Assembly (NCBI GenBank): GCA_027364705.1
Contig: DAHXOU010000029.1
Coordinates: 1-55,861 of the forward strand
Direction of reading: 5' to 3'
Source of the DNA: Nanobdellota archaeon
GTDB taxonomy: Archaea > Nanobdellota > Nanobdellia > Pacearchaeales > GW2011-AR1
Length of the DNA stretch: 55,861 nt
Below the pieces are notes generated by a model, which did no database searches, was not told where the DNA came from, and saw only the letters and a program-made list of their open reading frames with translations. Numbering within the stretch: position 1 is the stretch's first letter; the number at the start of each line of letters is the position of its first letter. This document shows, one piece after another, positions 36,857 through 45,637 of the stretch. A program made the translations under genes and the position numbers.

Positions 36857-38755
36857 ATGAATATTCTTATAATAAAAATAGGTGCCTTGGGAGATGTCCT
36901 CCGAACTAGTTTTATTGCTCAGGCACTTAAAGAAAAATATCTAAATAGAAAAGAAAGAAAATTTCCCGATATTTATTGGATAACAAGTAAAAACGCAGCA
37001 CCTCTTTTTGCTAATAACCCTTATGTTACTAAAACAATAATTTCTGAGAATAGAAATTCATTAAGAAAGATAAATTTCGATTTAATAATCAATTTAGAAG
37101 AAGATGAAGATAACTGTAGATTTGCTGCCTCTTTTAATGCAAAAGTAGTAGGATTTAATTATTGTAATGAAAAAATAGTTCCCACTCCAACGGCAAAAGA
37201 ATGGTTTGACATGTCTATCCTCGGTAAAAAACCAGAAAATGATATATTGAAAAAGAAAAATAAAAAAACTCACCGACAGATAATTTCTGAAATTTTAGAA
37301 GTAAAAGATTATCAGAGATATGAACCATTCTTAAGACTCACTCAGCGCCAGAGAGATTTTGCGGAAAATTTTCTCAGGAGACATAATCTTTCAAGAAAAG
37401 ATTTGATTATAGGAATAAATACTGGTTCAGCAGATCGATGGCCAAAACAGTTGTCTGTAAAAAAAACAGTTGAACTTATCAATAAACTTTATCGTCAGTT
37501 TAATGCAAAAATTTTGCTTTTTGGTGGCCCCGAAGAAATAGTTAGAAATGCCGAGATACAAAAACTTTCAAAATCTCCTGTTATTGATACTGGATGCGGA
37601 AATAATCTTTTTGAATTTCCTGCAATGATTAGTATCTGCAATACTCTCATTACTAGTGATACATTCGGTCTTCATGTTGCACTTGCTCTTAAAAGAAAAA
37701 CAATTTGTTTAATTGGACCAACTTCTTCTTCGGAGATCGATATGTATGGGCTCGGGGAAAAAATTATTGCCGATTCTCCCTGTGTTTGTTGTTATAAACG
37801 CGACTGTAAAAGCATGGAAAAAATAGATTTGAATAAAATAGTTGATGTAATAAAAAAAAGTATCAATACAAAAATAAGTATATTAATAACCGCATTTAAG
37901 GAACCAAATATTTCTAAGGCAATAGAATCCTGTCTCAATCAAAAAACAAATGCAGATTATGAAATAATTATTTCTGCACCCGACGATGAAACTTTGGAGA
38001 TTGTAAAAAAATATGCTCAATCAGATAAAAAAATAAAATGGATCAAAGACCCCGGAAAGGGAAAAGCTTACGCATTGAATTTTGTATTTTCACAGGTAAA
38101 TACAGATATACTAATCCTTACAGATGGAGATGTTTTCATTAATGAAAATGCAGTGGAAGAAATTTCTAATTTATTTATGAATCCTGAAATTGGATGCGTT
38201 TCAGGAAGGCCTGTTCCAATGGAACGCAAAAATAAAAAATATGGTTATTGGGCACACTTCTTATTTGACTCTGCACATAGACTAAGAGATAACTCTTATC
38301 AGTCGGGAAATTTTATAGAATGTTCTGGATATTTATTTGCTTTCAGAAAACAAAAAATTAATCAAATTCCTGTTGATGTTGCAGAAGATACAATTATTCC
38401 TTATCTTCTCTGGCAAAAAGGATACAGGATTGGTTATGCTGCAGATGCAAAAGTTTTTGTCAAAAATGCAAATCGGCTTAATGATTGGATAAAACAAAAA
38501 ATAAGGACCCACAAATCCCATATGAAAATTTCAAAATATGTTGATACAGAAACAACTCCTCAGGTAAAAACTTTCAAAAATGAATTGAAGGGAATTTTTT
38601 GGTTATTCCATTATCCTGAGACATTAAAAGAATTATTCTGGAGCAGTCAGTTAGCTTTATTCCGTTTTTACACCTGGTTTAGATATTATATTGACTTAAT
38701 CATTCTGCATAAATATTATCAGGATGGATGGGAAAGAATTGAGAGCACAAAATGA
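36857..38755 (+). CDS. Fusion protein: GT9 (heptosyltransferase-family) domain plus GT2 glycosyltransferase domain
   Basis: 632 aa. The GT9 part is aa 1 to about 335: ILIIKIGALGDVLRTSFI, ITSDTFGLHVALALKRKTICLIGPT, CVCCYKRDC. The GT2 part is aa about 339-632, nt 37871-38752: ISILITAFKEPN...LTDGD...ED..., followed by hydrophobic C-terminal segments. Confidence 0.75.
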   Translation: MNILIIKIGALGDVLRTSFIAQALKEKYLNRKERKFPDIYWITSKNAAPLFANNPYVTKTIISENRNSLRKINFDLIINLEEDEDNCRFAASFNAKVVGFNYCNEKIVPTPTAKEWFDMSILGKKPENDILKKKNKKTHRQIISEILEVKDYQRYEPFLRLTQRQRDFAENFLRRHNLSRKDLIIGINTGSADRWPKQLSVKKTVELINKLYRQFNAKILLFGGPEEIVRNAEIQKLSKSPVIDTGCGNNLFEFPAMISICNTLITSDTFGLHVALALKRKTICLIGPTSSSEIDMYGLGEKIIADSPCVCCYKRDCKSMEKIDLNKIVDVIKKSINTKISILITAFKEPNISKAIESCLNQKTNADYEIIISAPDDETLEIVKKYAQSDKKIKWIKDPGKGKAYALNFVFSQVNTDILILTDGDVFINENAVEEISNLFMNPEIGCVSGRPVPMERKNKKYGYWAHFLFDSAHRLRDNSYQSGNFIECSGYLFAFRKQKINQIPVDVAEDTIIPYLLWQKGYRIGYAADAKVFVKNANRLNDWIKQKIRTHKSHMKISKYVDTETTPQVKTFKNELKGIFWLFHYPETLKELFWSSQLALFRFYTWFRYYIDLIILHKYYQDGWERIESTK

Positions 38756-39294
38756 ACAAAGCAATTTTCTTGGACAGAGACGGAACAATAAATGTAGATA
38801 AACATTATATTCATAAAGTAGAAGATTTGGAATTGATTCCGTTTGCAACAGAAGGGATGAGACTTCTTTCTAAAAATTATTTGTTGATTATTGCGACTAA
38901 TCAATCTGGAATAGGAAGAGGATTATATTCTTTAGAAGATTATTTTGTGGTTAGGGAAAAACTAACTCAAATTTTAAATCAAGAAAAAATAAAAATTTCG
39001 GGAGAATATTATTGTCCTCATCACATGGAAGGAGTTGGAGAATATAAACTAGATTGTAATTGCAGAAAACCTAAAACAGGAATGTTAGAACGGGCTTCAA
39101 AAGATTTTAATTTGGAATTAAATGAATGCTGGATGATTGGAGATAAATTATCTGATATAATGGCTGGAAAAAATGCAGGATGTAAAACAATACACGTTCT
39201 TAGCGGACAAACAGAAAAACCAATTTTGTCCGCAAATTTTGTTGCTAAGAATCTTTTAGATGCAGCAGATTATATTCTGAAAAATAATTACTGA
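38752..39294 (+). CDS. gmhB: D-glycero-D-manno-heptose 1,7-bisphosphate phosphatase (HAD-IIIA)
   Basis: 180 aa. AIFLDRDGTIN, ATNQSGIGRG, the Zn-site pattern CPHH...CNCRKPKTGM, and GDKLSDIMAG. ATGA overlap with the upstream gene. Confidence 0.85.
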   Translation: MNKAIFLDRDGTINVDKHYIHKVEDLELIPFATEGMRLLSKNYLLIIATNQSGIGRGLYSLEDYFVVREKLTQILNQEKIKISGEYYCPHHMEGVGEYKLDCNCRKPKTGMLERASKDFNLELNECWMIGDKLSDIMAGKNAGCKTIHVLSGQTEKPILSANFVAKNLLDAADYILKNNY

Positions 39295-40229
39295 TACTTT
39301 TTCTTATCCATCAAAGAAATTCTTTTCTTCAATTCCTTGAGCCTAACAGAGTAAGTACCCTTTTTCTCTACGGCAATTCCTGCAGAATAATTTCCTAATT
39401 TTGCCGCTTCTTCAAGAGATGAACCCGCGGCAAGTGCAAGTGCAACTGTTGCAACAACAGTATCTCCTGCCCCTTGAACATCGTAAACTTCCTGAGCATA
39501 AGTTGGAATGTCGGTTACATTATCCGAGAATAATGTCATTCCTCTTTCTCCTCTTGTAACCAAAATATTTGTTTCCAAATTTTTTTGAAGTTTCTTTCCA
39601 GCATTGTAAACTTTATTCACCCTTGACATTTCTAAAGCCTCTTTTTCATTAGGAATAACTAACAGAGTGCGCTTGTAAAGATTTTTATTGGAGGGTTTCG
39701 GATTTACTACTATCTTTTTTTTATACTCTTCCAGAAAATTCATGGTATCTTTGTTTACTGCTCCCTTATCATAATCCGAAATTACAATTATGTCTGCTCT
39801 CTCAGCATATTTTTTAAGAGTCTCTTTTGTTTCTTTGGAAAACACTTTCTTGGATTTTTCTTCGTGGTCAATCCTTATTAATTGCTGACCATTGCCGATA
39901 ATTCTTATTTTAGAAACAGTCATAGAATCTTCATCGAGACGATATTCAATTTTATTTTCTTTAAGAATATTTTTCAAAATCTCTGCTTCAGGATCTTTTC
40001 CTATAAATGAAAATATACTTACTTCTCCACCAAGAGAAGAAATATTTGACGCAACATTTCCTGCACCCCCCATTTTAGATTGTTCATATTTTTTTACTAC
40101 TACTGGAACTGGTGCTTCGGGGCTAATTCTACTAACTTCTCCGTCAATATACTTGTCAAGCATTATATCTCCGACAACTACTATCCTTTTATTATCAAAC
40201 TCTTTTAGAATATCTAGTAACGTTCCCAT
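39288..40229 (-). CDS. hldA: D-beta-D-heptose 7-phosphate kinase (stand-alone HldE domain I, PfkB family)
   Basis: 313 aa. IVVVGDIMLDKYIDGEVSRISPEAPVPVV and GGAGNVASNISSLGG match the HldE/RfaE kinase domain. GAGDTVVA is the PfkB motif. Confidence 0.85.
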   Translation of the reverse strand: MGTLLDILKEFDNKRIVVVGDIMLDKYIDGEVSRISPEAPVPVVVKKYEQSKMGGAGNVASNISSLGGEVSIFSFIGKDPEAEILKNILKENKIEYRLDEDSMTVSKIRIIGNGQQLIRIDHEEKSKKVFSKETKETLKKYAERADIIVISDYDKGAVNKDTMNFLEEYKKKIVVNPKPSNKNLYKRTLLVIPNEKEALEMSRVNKVYNAGKKLQKNLETNILVTRGERGMTLFSDNVTDIPTYAQEVYDVQGAGDTVVATVALALAAGSSLEEAAKLGNYSAGIAVEKKGTYSVRLKELKKRISLMDKKKYQ

Positions 40230-40326
40230 TTATTTAACGGGAAAATTAGACTATAAAAGCATTATTGCACAATTTACTATTCTTCAGAATAATAACAAAT
40301 AAAAAGCATATTAAACATTTATACGC
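40230..40326. promoter_or_regulatory. Divergent promoter region with two TATA-box candidates
   Basis: TATAAAA (40253-40259, read on the minus strand as TTTTATA) lies about 27 nt from the start at 40229. AAATAAAAA (40297-40305) lies about 26 nt from the GTG at 40327. Confidence 0.4.
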
Positions 40327-41934
40327 GTGGAAGAGATAAAAGGAGAACTAAGGGAACCAATATCCAATAAAGAAATTGAAAAAAGGATAAAAAAATTGTC
40401 CGGATTTTTCTTTGGATGGGTTAAGGATAATTATGACAAGGCATTTATTGCAGTTTTAGTCTTATCTGTTTTAATCAGAATCTATTTTCTATCAATTTCC
40501 ATTCATCAGCCTGTTTGGTGGGATTCGGCAGATTATCTTACTGAAGCTAAAGTTCTTGCAGGAAACCTTAATATTCCTTACTACTTTACTCCCCGTAGAA
40601 CTTTTCTTCTTCCATTACTTTGGGCTGGTTTGCTGAATCTTGGATTCGAAGAAATTTCGTTCAGAATTTTAGAATTAATATTTTCAATAGCAGTAGTTCC
40701 TGCAACTTACTTAATTGGAAAACAATTATTTGATAAAAAAATCGCTTTGATTGCCTCTTTTTTATCTTCGGTATTCTGGATGTATCTTTTTTATTCTAAC
40801 AAACTTATGACCGAAATTCCGACTCTTGCGCTTTTTTTATTTTCAGTTTATTTTTTCTGGCAGGGTTATACAAAGAAAAATGAAAAAATGTTTATCTGGT
40901 TCGGAATTTTTCTAGGACTAGCGTTTTTGGCAAGAGCAGGAACAATTGTAATGTTTGCTATCTTTCCAATATTCCTTTTAATTACAGAAAAATTGAAATT
41001 CATTAAGAGAAAATATTTGTGGTTCGGAGTATTGGCTGTTCTTGCAATTATGGCCTTCTTTTTTATTTTCACTTCTATAAAACAAGATGTAAATGCAATT
41101 TCTTACTTTTTGGCATTAACTCCCGAAACCAGCGGAGGCAATCCAAGGTTTTCTAACCTTCTTGGATTTCAAGGTATATCTGAATATTTTTCTTTAATGC
41201 CTCATTATTTTGGTTGGGTTCTTTTATCCATTTTTGGAATTAGTGTAATAATCTTCTTGTTTGAATTATTCCTAAGTTTTGACATGATTATAAAAAGAAA
41301 AGATACTTCTCGAGATAAATATCTTTTTTTATTCCTTCTTGCATTTGTCCCGTTTATATTTCAGGCAATGTTTTATCATCATACAGAAGACAGATACCTA
41401 ATGAATGCATTCCCTGCATTTTTTCTTATTCTTTCAATAGGCCTAGTAAAAATTGCAGAGAAATTAAAAAAATACAAAAAATATCTCGGATTATTTTTTA
41501 TATTGCTAATCTTAGCAGTCGGCGCATTTCAGCAGATTACTCAAGCAAATGCAATTATCGAGAGCAAAATTAATTCATATCAGGAAGTAAAAGATTCTGC
41601 AATATGGATTAAAGAAAATTCTAATACAACAGCTATCGTTTTCTCAGCTTCAGTTCCTCAGACTACTTATTACGCCGAAAGAGAAACTTATAATTTCCTT
41701 ACAGAAGATATTAACCAATCTTATTTCGAACAAAAAATGTATGATTTAAAACCAACTTTTTTAGTTTTGTCAGTATTCGAACCTCATTCACAATGGATTT
41801 ATACTTATCCAGAAAAACATCCTAATTTATTAATTCCTGTAAAAGCATATAATCAAAATGACCAACCTGTTTTAATTGTCTATCAATTTAATTATGCAGC
41901 TATGTCTGATTTAATTTCAAATGAAACCAAATAA
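40327..41934 (+). CDS. GT-C-fold membrane glycosyltransferase (ArnT / PMT_2 / GT39-GT83-like)
   Basis: 535 aa with a GTG start. About 11 TM helices with WWDSADYL in the first external loop, then a soluble C-terminal domain of about 130 aa. This layout is typical of lipid-phosphate-sugar-dependent GT-C enzymes. Confidence 0.7.
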   Translation: MEEIKGELREPISNKEIEKRIKKLSGFFFGWVKDNYDKAFIAVLVLSVLIRIYFLSISIHQPVWWDSADYLTEAKVLAGNLNIPYYFTPRRTFLLPLLWAGLLNLGFEEISFRILELIFSIAVVPATYLIGKQLFDKKIALIASFLSSVFWMYLFYSNKLMTEIPTLALFLFSVYFFWQGYTKKNEKMFIWFGIFLGLAFLARAGTIVMFAIFPIFLLITEKLKFIKRKYLWFGVLAVLAIMAFFFIFTSIKQDVNAISYFLALTPETSGGNPRFSNLLGFQGISEYFSLMPHYFGWVLLSIFGISVIIFLFELFLSFDMIIKRKDTSRDKYLFLFLLAFVPFIFQAMFYHHTEDRYLMNAFPAFFLILSIGLVKIAEKLKKYKKYLGLFFILLILAVGAFQQITQANAIIESKINSYQEVKDSAIWIKENSNTTAIVFSASVPQTTYYAERETYNFLTEDINQSYFEQKMYDLKPTFLVLSVFEPHSQWIYTYPEKHPNLLIPVKAYNQNDQPVLIVYQFNYAAMSDLISNETK

Positions 41935-42406
41935 TAAAATAAAAACATTTTCTGAAATAAGTGATGTTGTAGCAGATATAAGAAAAAAAAATTTAGGAGA
42001 AAAAATAGTCACCACCAACGGAGCTTTTGACTTATTTCATCTTGGTCATTTATATTCTCTTATGGAAGCAAAAAAATACGGAAATATTCTTGTCGTAGGA
42101 TTAAATTCAGATTCTTCAATAAAAAAATATAAATCTCTTGATAGACCAATAGTTCCTCAAGAAGAAAGAGCAGAAATTTTGTCTGCACTTGAAATTGTCA
42201 ATTATGTTGTTATGTTTGATGAACCTGACAATCTGAATTTCTTGGAAGCAGTAAGACCTGATTATCATGTAAAATCAAAAACTGGATACAAAGGAATAGA
42301 AGAAGAAGTTATAAAAAAATATGGTGGCCATATAATCTTAATAGATGATGTTCAAGAGATGTCTACAACAAAAAGAATAGAGAAGATTCTCCGTTTATAT
42401 CATTAA
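41921..42406 (+). CDS. hldC: D-beta-D-heptose 1-phosphate adenylyltransferase (stand-alone HldE domain II, cytidylyltransferase fold)
   Basis: 161 aa. TNGAFDLFHLGHLYSL (HxGH), VVGLNSDSSIKKYKSLDRPIVPQEERAEILSALEIVNYVVMFDE. Closely parallels HldE/RfaE domain II. Confidence 0.85.
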   Translation: MKPNNKIKTFSEISDVVADIRKKNLGEKIVTTNGAFDLFHLGHLYSLMEAKKYGNILVVGLNSDSSIKKYKSLDRPIVPQEERAEILSALEIVNYVVMFDEPDNLNFLEAVRPDYHVKSKTGYKGIEEEVIKKYGGHIILIDDVQEMSTTKRIEKILRLYH

Positions 42407-43453
42407 TTTTTTAATTTCTTCAAAAACATTTTCAACACTAACCCCTTCCATTATTTTTCGTATTTCTTCTTTGCTCATCTTAATTGGTTTTCCATCATAT
42501 TTGTAATATTCAAGTTTATTCTTTAAAATTGCAGGATTTTTTACGGTAATAAACGGTTTATTATAGGGATAAACTGTTTCATTGAAAGTTGGTGTTTCTA
42601 TAACTAACTGGTTACTTACTTCCATTGCAGAAGCTATATGCATTAAAGCTGTATCAACACTCAGAAAAATTTTACATCTTCTAGCAACTGATGCTGTTTC
42701 TTTGATATTGTTTGTTTTTACTATTTTTATTCTGTTTCTATCTATTTCACTTATTTTTTCGTTTTCTTTTTCTTCCTCTTTTCCAAACAATAAAATAGAA
42801 ATGTCTTCGTTAAAGTTAAGTAATTTTTCTGATAGTTCTATATAATTTTTTAATGGCCATCTTCTACTGGATAGATTTTTAGTAGAACCAGAACCAATAT
42901 GAAATCCAATAATCTTTTTCCCACCAAGATTGTTCTCTCTAATAAATTCTTTCGCAAATTCCATCTCTTCCCCCGACAGAAAAATTTCATACTTGGGATT
43001 CTTTAATTTCCTTTTTCCTAAGAGCCCAATAAAATCAAGGTTATTTTCCGCACATTGTTTTGAATAATCTTCTTCAATAAAATTATTAATAAGAATATTT
43101 TCTACAAAATTATTTTTCCCATATCTATGACTAAATCTTTTTTTGGCTCCAATAAGTTTAGAGATTATTCTGTATTCTATTTTACTCTGGGGGAAAGTAT
43201 TTATTGAGATATCATAATTTTCTTTTCTTAATTTTCTGCAGAAATCCATCGTCTTTATCGGGCCCTCTTTGATCATATTAAAATAGATTACCTTCGTTAC
43301 ATATGGATTATTTTTCAATATTTCTTCAGCCCCCTTCCACATTACAAGGACATTAATTTCTGCTTCGGGGAAATTATTTCTTAATTCGTGCAAGAGCGGA
43401 GTTGCCATAATAGTGTCTCCTATTCCTGCCAGTGAGATAACAATAATCTTCAT
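42395..43453 (-). CDS. Glycosyltransferase family 9 (heptosyltransferase-family) protein
   Basis: 352 aa. MKIIVISLAGIGDTIMATPLL N-terminus, IGFHIGSGSTKNLSSRRWP, and FLSVDTALMHIASAM donor-domain motif. Confidence 0.8.
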   Translation of the reverse strand: MKIIVISLAGIGDTIMATPLLHELRNNFPEAEINVLVMWKGAEEILKNNPYVTKVIYFNMIKEGPIKTMDFCRKLRKENYDISINTFPQSKIEYRIISKLIGAKKRFSHRYGKNNFVENILINNFIEEDYSKQCAENNLDFIGLLGKRKLKNPKYEIFLSGEEMEFAKEFIRENNLGGKKIIGFHIGSGSTKNLSSRRWPLKNYIELSEKLLNFNEDISILLFGKEEEKENEKISEIDRNRIKIVKTNNIKETASVARRCKIFLSVDTALMHIASAMEVSNQLVIETPTFNETVYPYNKPFITVKNPAILKNKLEYYKYDGKPIKMSKEEIRKIMEGVSVENVFEEIKKLMI

Positions 43454-43532
43454 TATCCTCTAAAAATTAACTCATTTAAATCCTTTTCCCGAGCATATAT
43501 AATTTTATAAATAAAATACTATCCCTATTAAA
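43454..43532. promoter_or_regulatory. Divergent promoter region with two TATA-box candidates
   Basis: TTTAAA (43475-43480) lies about 25 nt from the minus-strand start at 43453. TTTTATAAATAAAA (43504-43517) lies about 24 nt from the ATG at 43533. Confidence 0.45.
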
Positions 43533-44645
43533 ATGGTAAGTTCCATACGTTTAGCAACAAAAATACTCTCTTTTCAATTATTTCGGGCATTCGGATTTCC
43601 AAAGATAATGCCTCTTAATGTAACTATTGCTGTTACAAATAAATGTACTTCGCTATGTAAAACTTGCAATCTTGGTAGAATTTATCTTAAAAATCCAAAG
43701 ATCGCAAATAATGATTTGACTTTGGAAGAATATAAAAAAATTTTTAGGGATATAGGGAAGAATAATGTTTACTGGTTTGTATTTTCTGGAGCAGAACCAT
43801 TTATGAGGAATGACCTTGTCGATGTCTGTAAATCTGCATATGACTATTGTAAACCTAATGTTATTGTTTTACCAACAAATTCTCTTCCTTCAAACATTGT
43901 TTCGAGAGTTAAAGAACTTTTAGAGCATTGCAGAGGAACAATAATCAACGTAAATCTTTCTCTCGACGGAGTTGGCAAGGACCATGATGAAGTCAGAGGG
44001 ATTAAAGGAAATTTTGAAAAGGTAATTGGTTTATTCAGTGAACTTAAACAATTAAAAAAAGAATACAAAAATTTTGAACTTAACATTCACACGGTAATCT
44101 CTAAATTTAATTCAGACAAAATAAATGAATTGCATAACTTTGTTAAGGAAAAATTAAAACCAGATGCACATATTACTGAAATTGCAGAGAACAAAGCTGA
44201 AATAGAAAATTTGGATTTGAGTATAACTCCTTCTCCTAAAGATTATCAAAAAACTATAGACATTCTTTCCGACCAATTAAAGAAAGAAAAATTTTACGGA
44301 TTTACAAAAATGAAACAAGTATCAAGACTAATCTATTATCAGCTTGTTAAAAAAATAATGCAAAGACAAACACAGGTAATTCCTTGTTATGCTGCAATAA
44401 ATGAAGTTCAAATATCTCCTGCGGGAGAAGTCTGGACTTGTTCTCTTTTGGGGAAATCCTTGGGTGATCTTAGGAAAAATGATTACAGTTTCAGAAAAAT
44501 ATGGGGAAGTCAGAGAGCAAAAATTCTTAGAAAAAGCATAAAGAATAAAGAATGCTGGTGTCCGGTTGCTAATATATCTTACACGAATATGATTTGTCAT
44601 CCATCATCATCTTTAAAAATGATCTACAACTTCCTCTTTAAATGA
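43533..44645 (+). CDS. Radical SAM enzyme with a twitch/SPASM-like C-terminus
   Basis: 370 aa. VTNKCTSLCKTC plus SGAEPF. C-terminal C-x12-GEVWTC and CWC. Confidence 0.8.
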   Translation: MVSSIRLATKILSFQLFRAFGFPKIMPLNVTIAVTNKCTSLCKTCNLGRIYLKNPKIANNDLTLEEYKKIFRDIGKNNVYWFVFSGAEPFMRNDLVDVCKSAYDYCKPNVIVLPTNSLPSNIVSRVKELLEHCRGTIINVNLSLDGVGKDHDEVRGIKGNFEKVIGLFSELKQLKKEYKNFELNIHTVISKFNSDKINELHNFVKEKLKPDAHITEIAENKAEIENLDLSITPSPKDYQKTIDILSDQLKKEKFYGFTKMKQVSRLIYYQLVKKIMQRQTQVIPCYAAINEVQISPAGEVWTCSLLGKSLGDLRKNDYSFRKIWGSQRAKILRKSIKNKECWCPVANISYTNMICHPSSSLKMIYNFLFK

Positions 44646-45637
44646 AGATTTTAGTGACTGGTGCTACAGGATTCATTGGAAAACATCTGGTTAAGGCTTT
44701 ATCTAAAAAAAAATATGAAATAAGATGCCTAGTCAGAACAGATAGTAAAAAACAAGATATCGATTTTCTCGAGTCATGCGGGGCCAAGATTTTTATTGGA
44801 GATATTTTTGATGAACCAAGTTTGCTAAAAGCAGCAAAGAGAGTAAATACTGTCTTTCATTTGGCAGGTGGAGGTTATGTTGCAACAACGTTCAAAAAAG
44901 GGTATGAAGAATTAAAAAAACTTAATGTCGAAGCAACTCAAAGAGTATTCGAAGCGGCTTACAAATCTAAAGTGAAAAGAATTGTACATTTTTCCAGTAT
45001 CTCTGCAATGGGAATAATTGTTGAAAAGGAACTTGACGAGAATTCTGAATGCTCCCCAAAGACACCTCATGAAGTTTGTAAACTAGAAACAGAAAAAATA
45101 GCAGAAAATTTTAGAGATAAAATGTTAGTTACAATAATTAGGCCAGGTATTGTTTATGGCCCATATGGTATGAATTCTGAAATTTTACAGCTTTCAAAAA
45201 TGATGAAAAAACATTTTTTTGTAATTCCGGGGAATGGAAAAAATATTATGCCCTGGGTTTATGTGGATGATGTAGTGAATGCAACTATCCTTGCTTTTGA
45301 AAACAATAAAGAATCATGTACTAAATTTATAGTCGTGTCTGACCACCAGCCTACATTTAATCAGCTTATAGATTCAATTCGAAAAAATCTTGGAAATCAA
45401 GTTTTTATTTTTCACATACCAAAACACTTATTTATTTTCGCAGCATTTATTCTCGAGAAAATTGGTGACTTCTTGCATACATCTCCGTTATTAAATTATA
45501 CCCGTGCAAGAAGTATGACTTCTAATAGAATTTATAACATAAAAAAATTAAAGGATTTAGGATATAATCAAGAGACAAATTTTGAAGAGGGGATGAAAAA
45601 AACAATTGAATGGTACAAAGAAAATGGTTTCATCTGA
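44642..45637 (+). CDS. NAD-dependent epimerase/dehydratase-family SDR with an apparent HxxxK in place of YxxxK
   Basis: 331 aa. VTGATGFIGKHL Rossmann motif and an FSSISAMG Ser region. The expected P..Y...K reads PKTPHEVCK. Confidence 0.75.
   Translation: MKILVTGATGFIGKHLVKALSKKKYEIRCLVRTDSKKQDIDFLESCGAKIFIGDIFDEPSLLKAAKRVNTVFHLAGGGYVATTFKKGYEELKKLNVEATQRVFEAAYKSKVKRIVHFSSISAMGIIVEKELDENSECSPKTPHEVCKLETEKIAENFRDKMLVTIIRPGIVYGPYGMNSEILQLSKMMKKHFFVIPGNGKNIMPWVYVDDVVNATILAFENNKESCTKFIVVSDHQPTFNQLIDSIRKNLGNQVFIFHIPKHLFIFAAFILEKIGDFLHTSPLLNYTRARSMTSNRIYNIKKLKDLGYNQETNFEEGMKKTIEWYKENGFI

Noticed and set aside
39892-40302. 136-aa plus-strand ORF, the longest of the nested ORFs on the track
   Set aside because: It lies entirely antisense to the well-supported heptose kinase gene and runs into its promoter. 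Its composition is low-complexity (S/I/L/F-rich), as expected from reading an A+T-rich gene backwards. It has no motif and no TATA box at -25.
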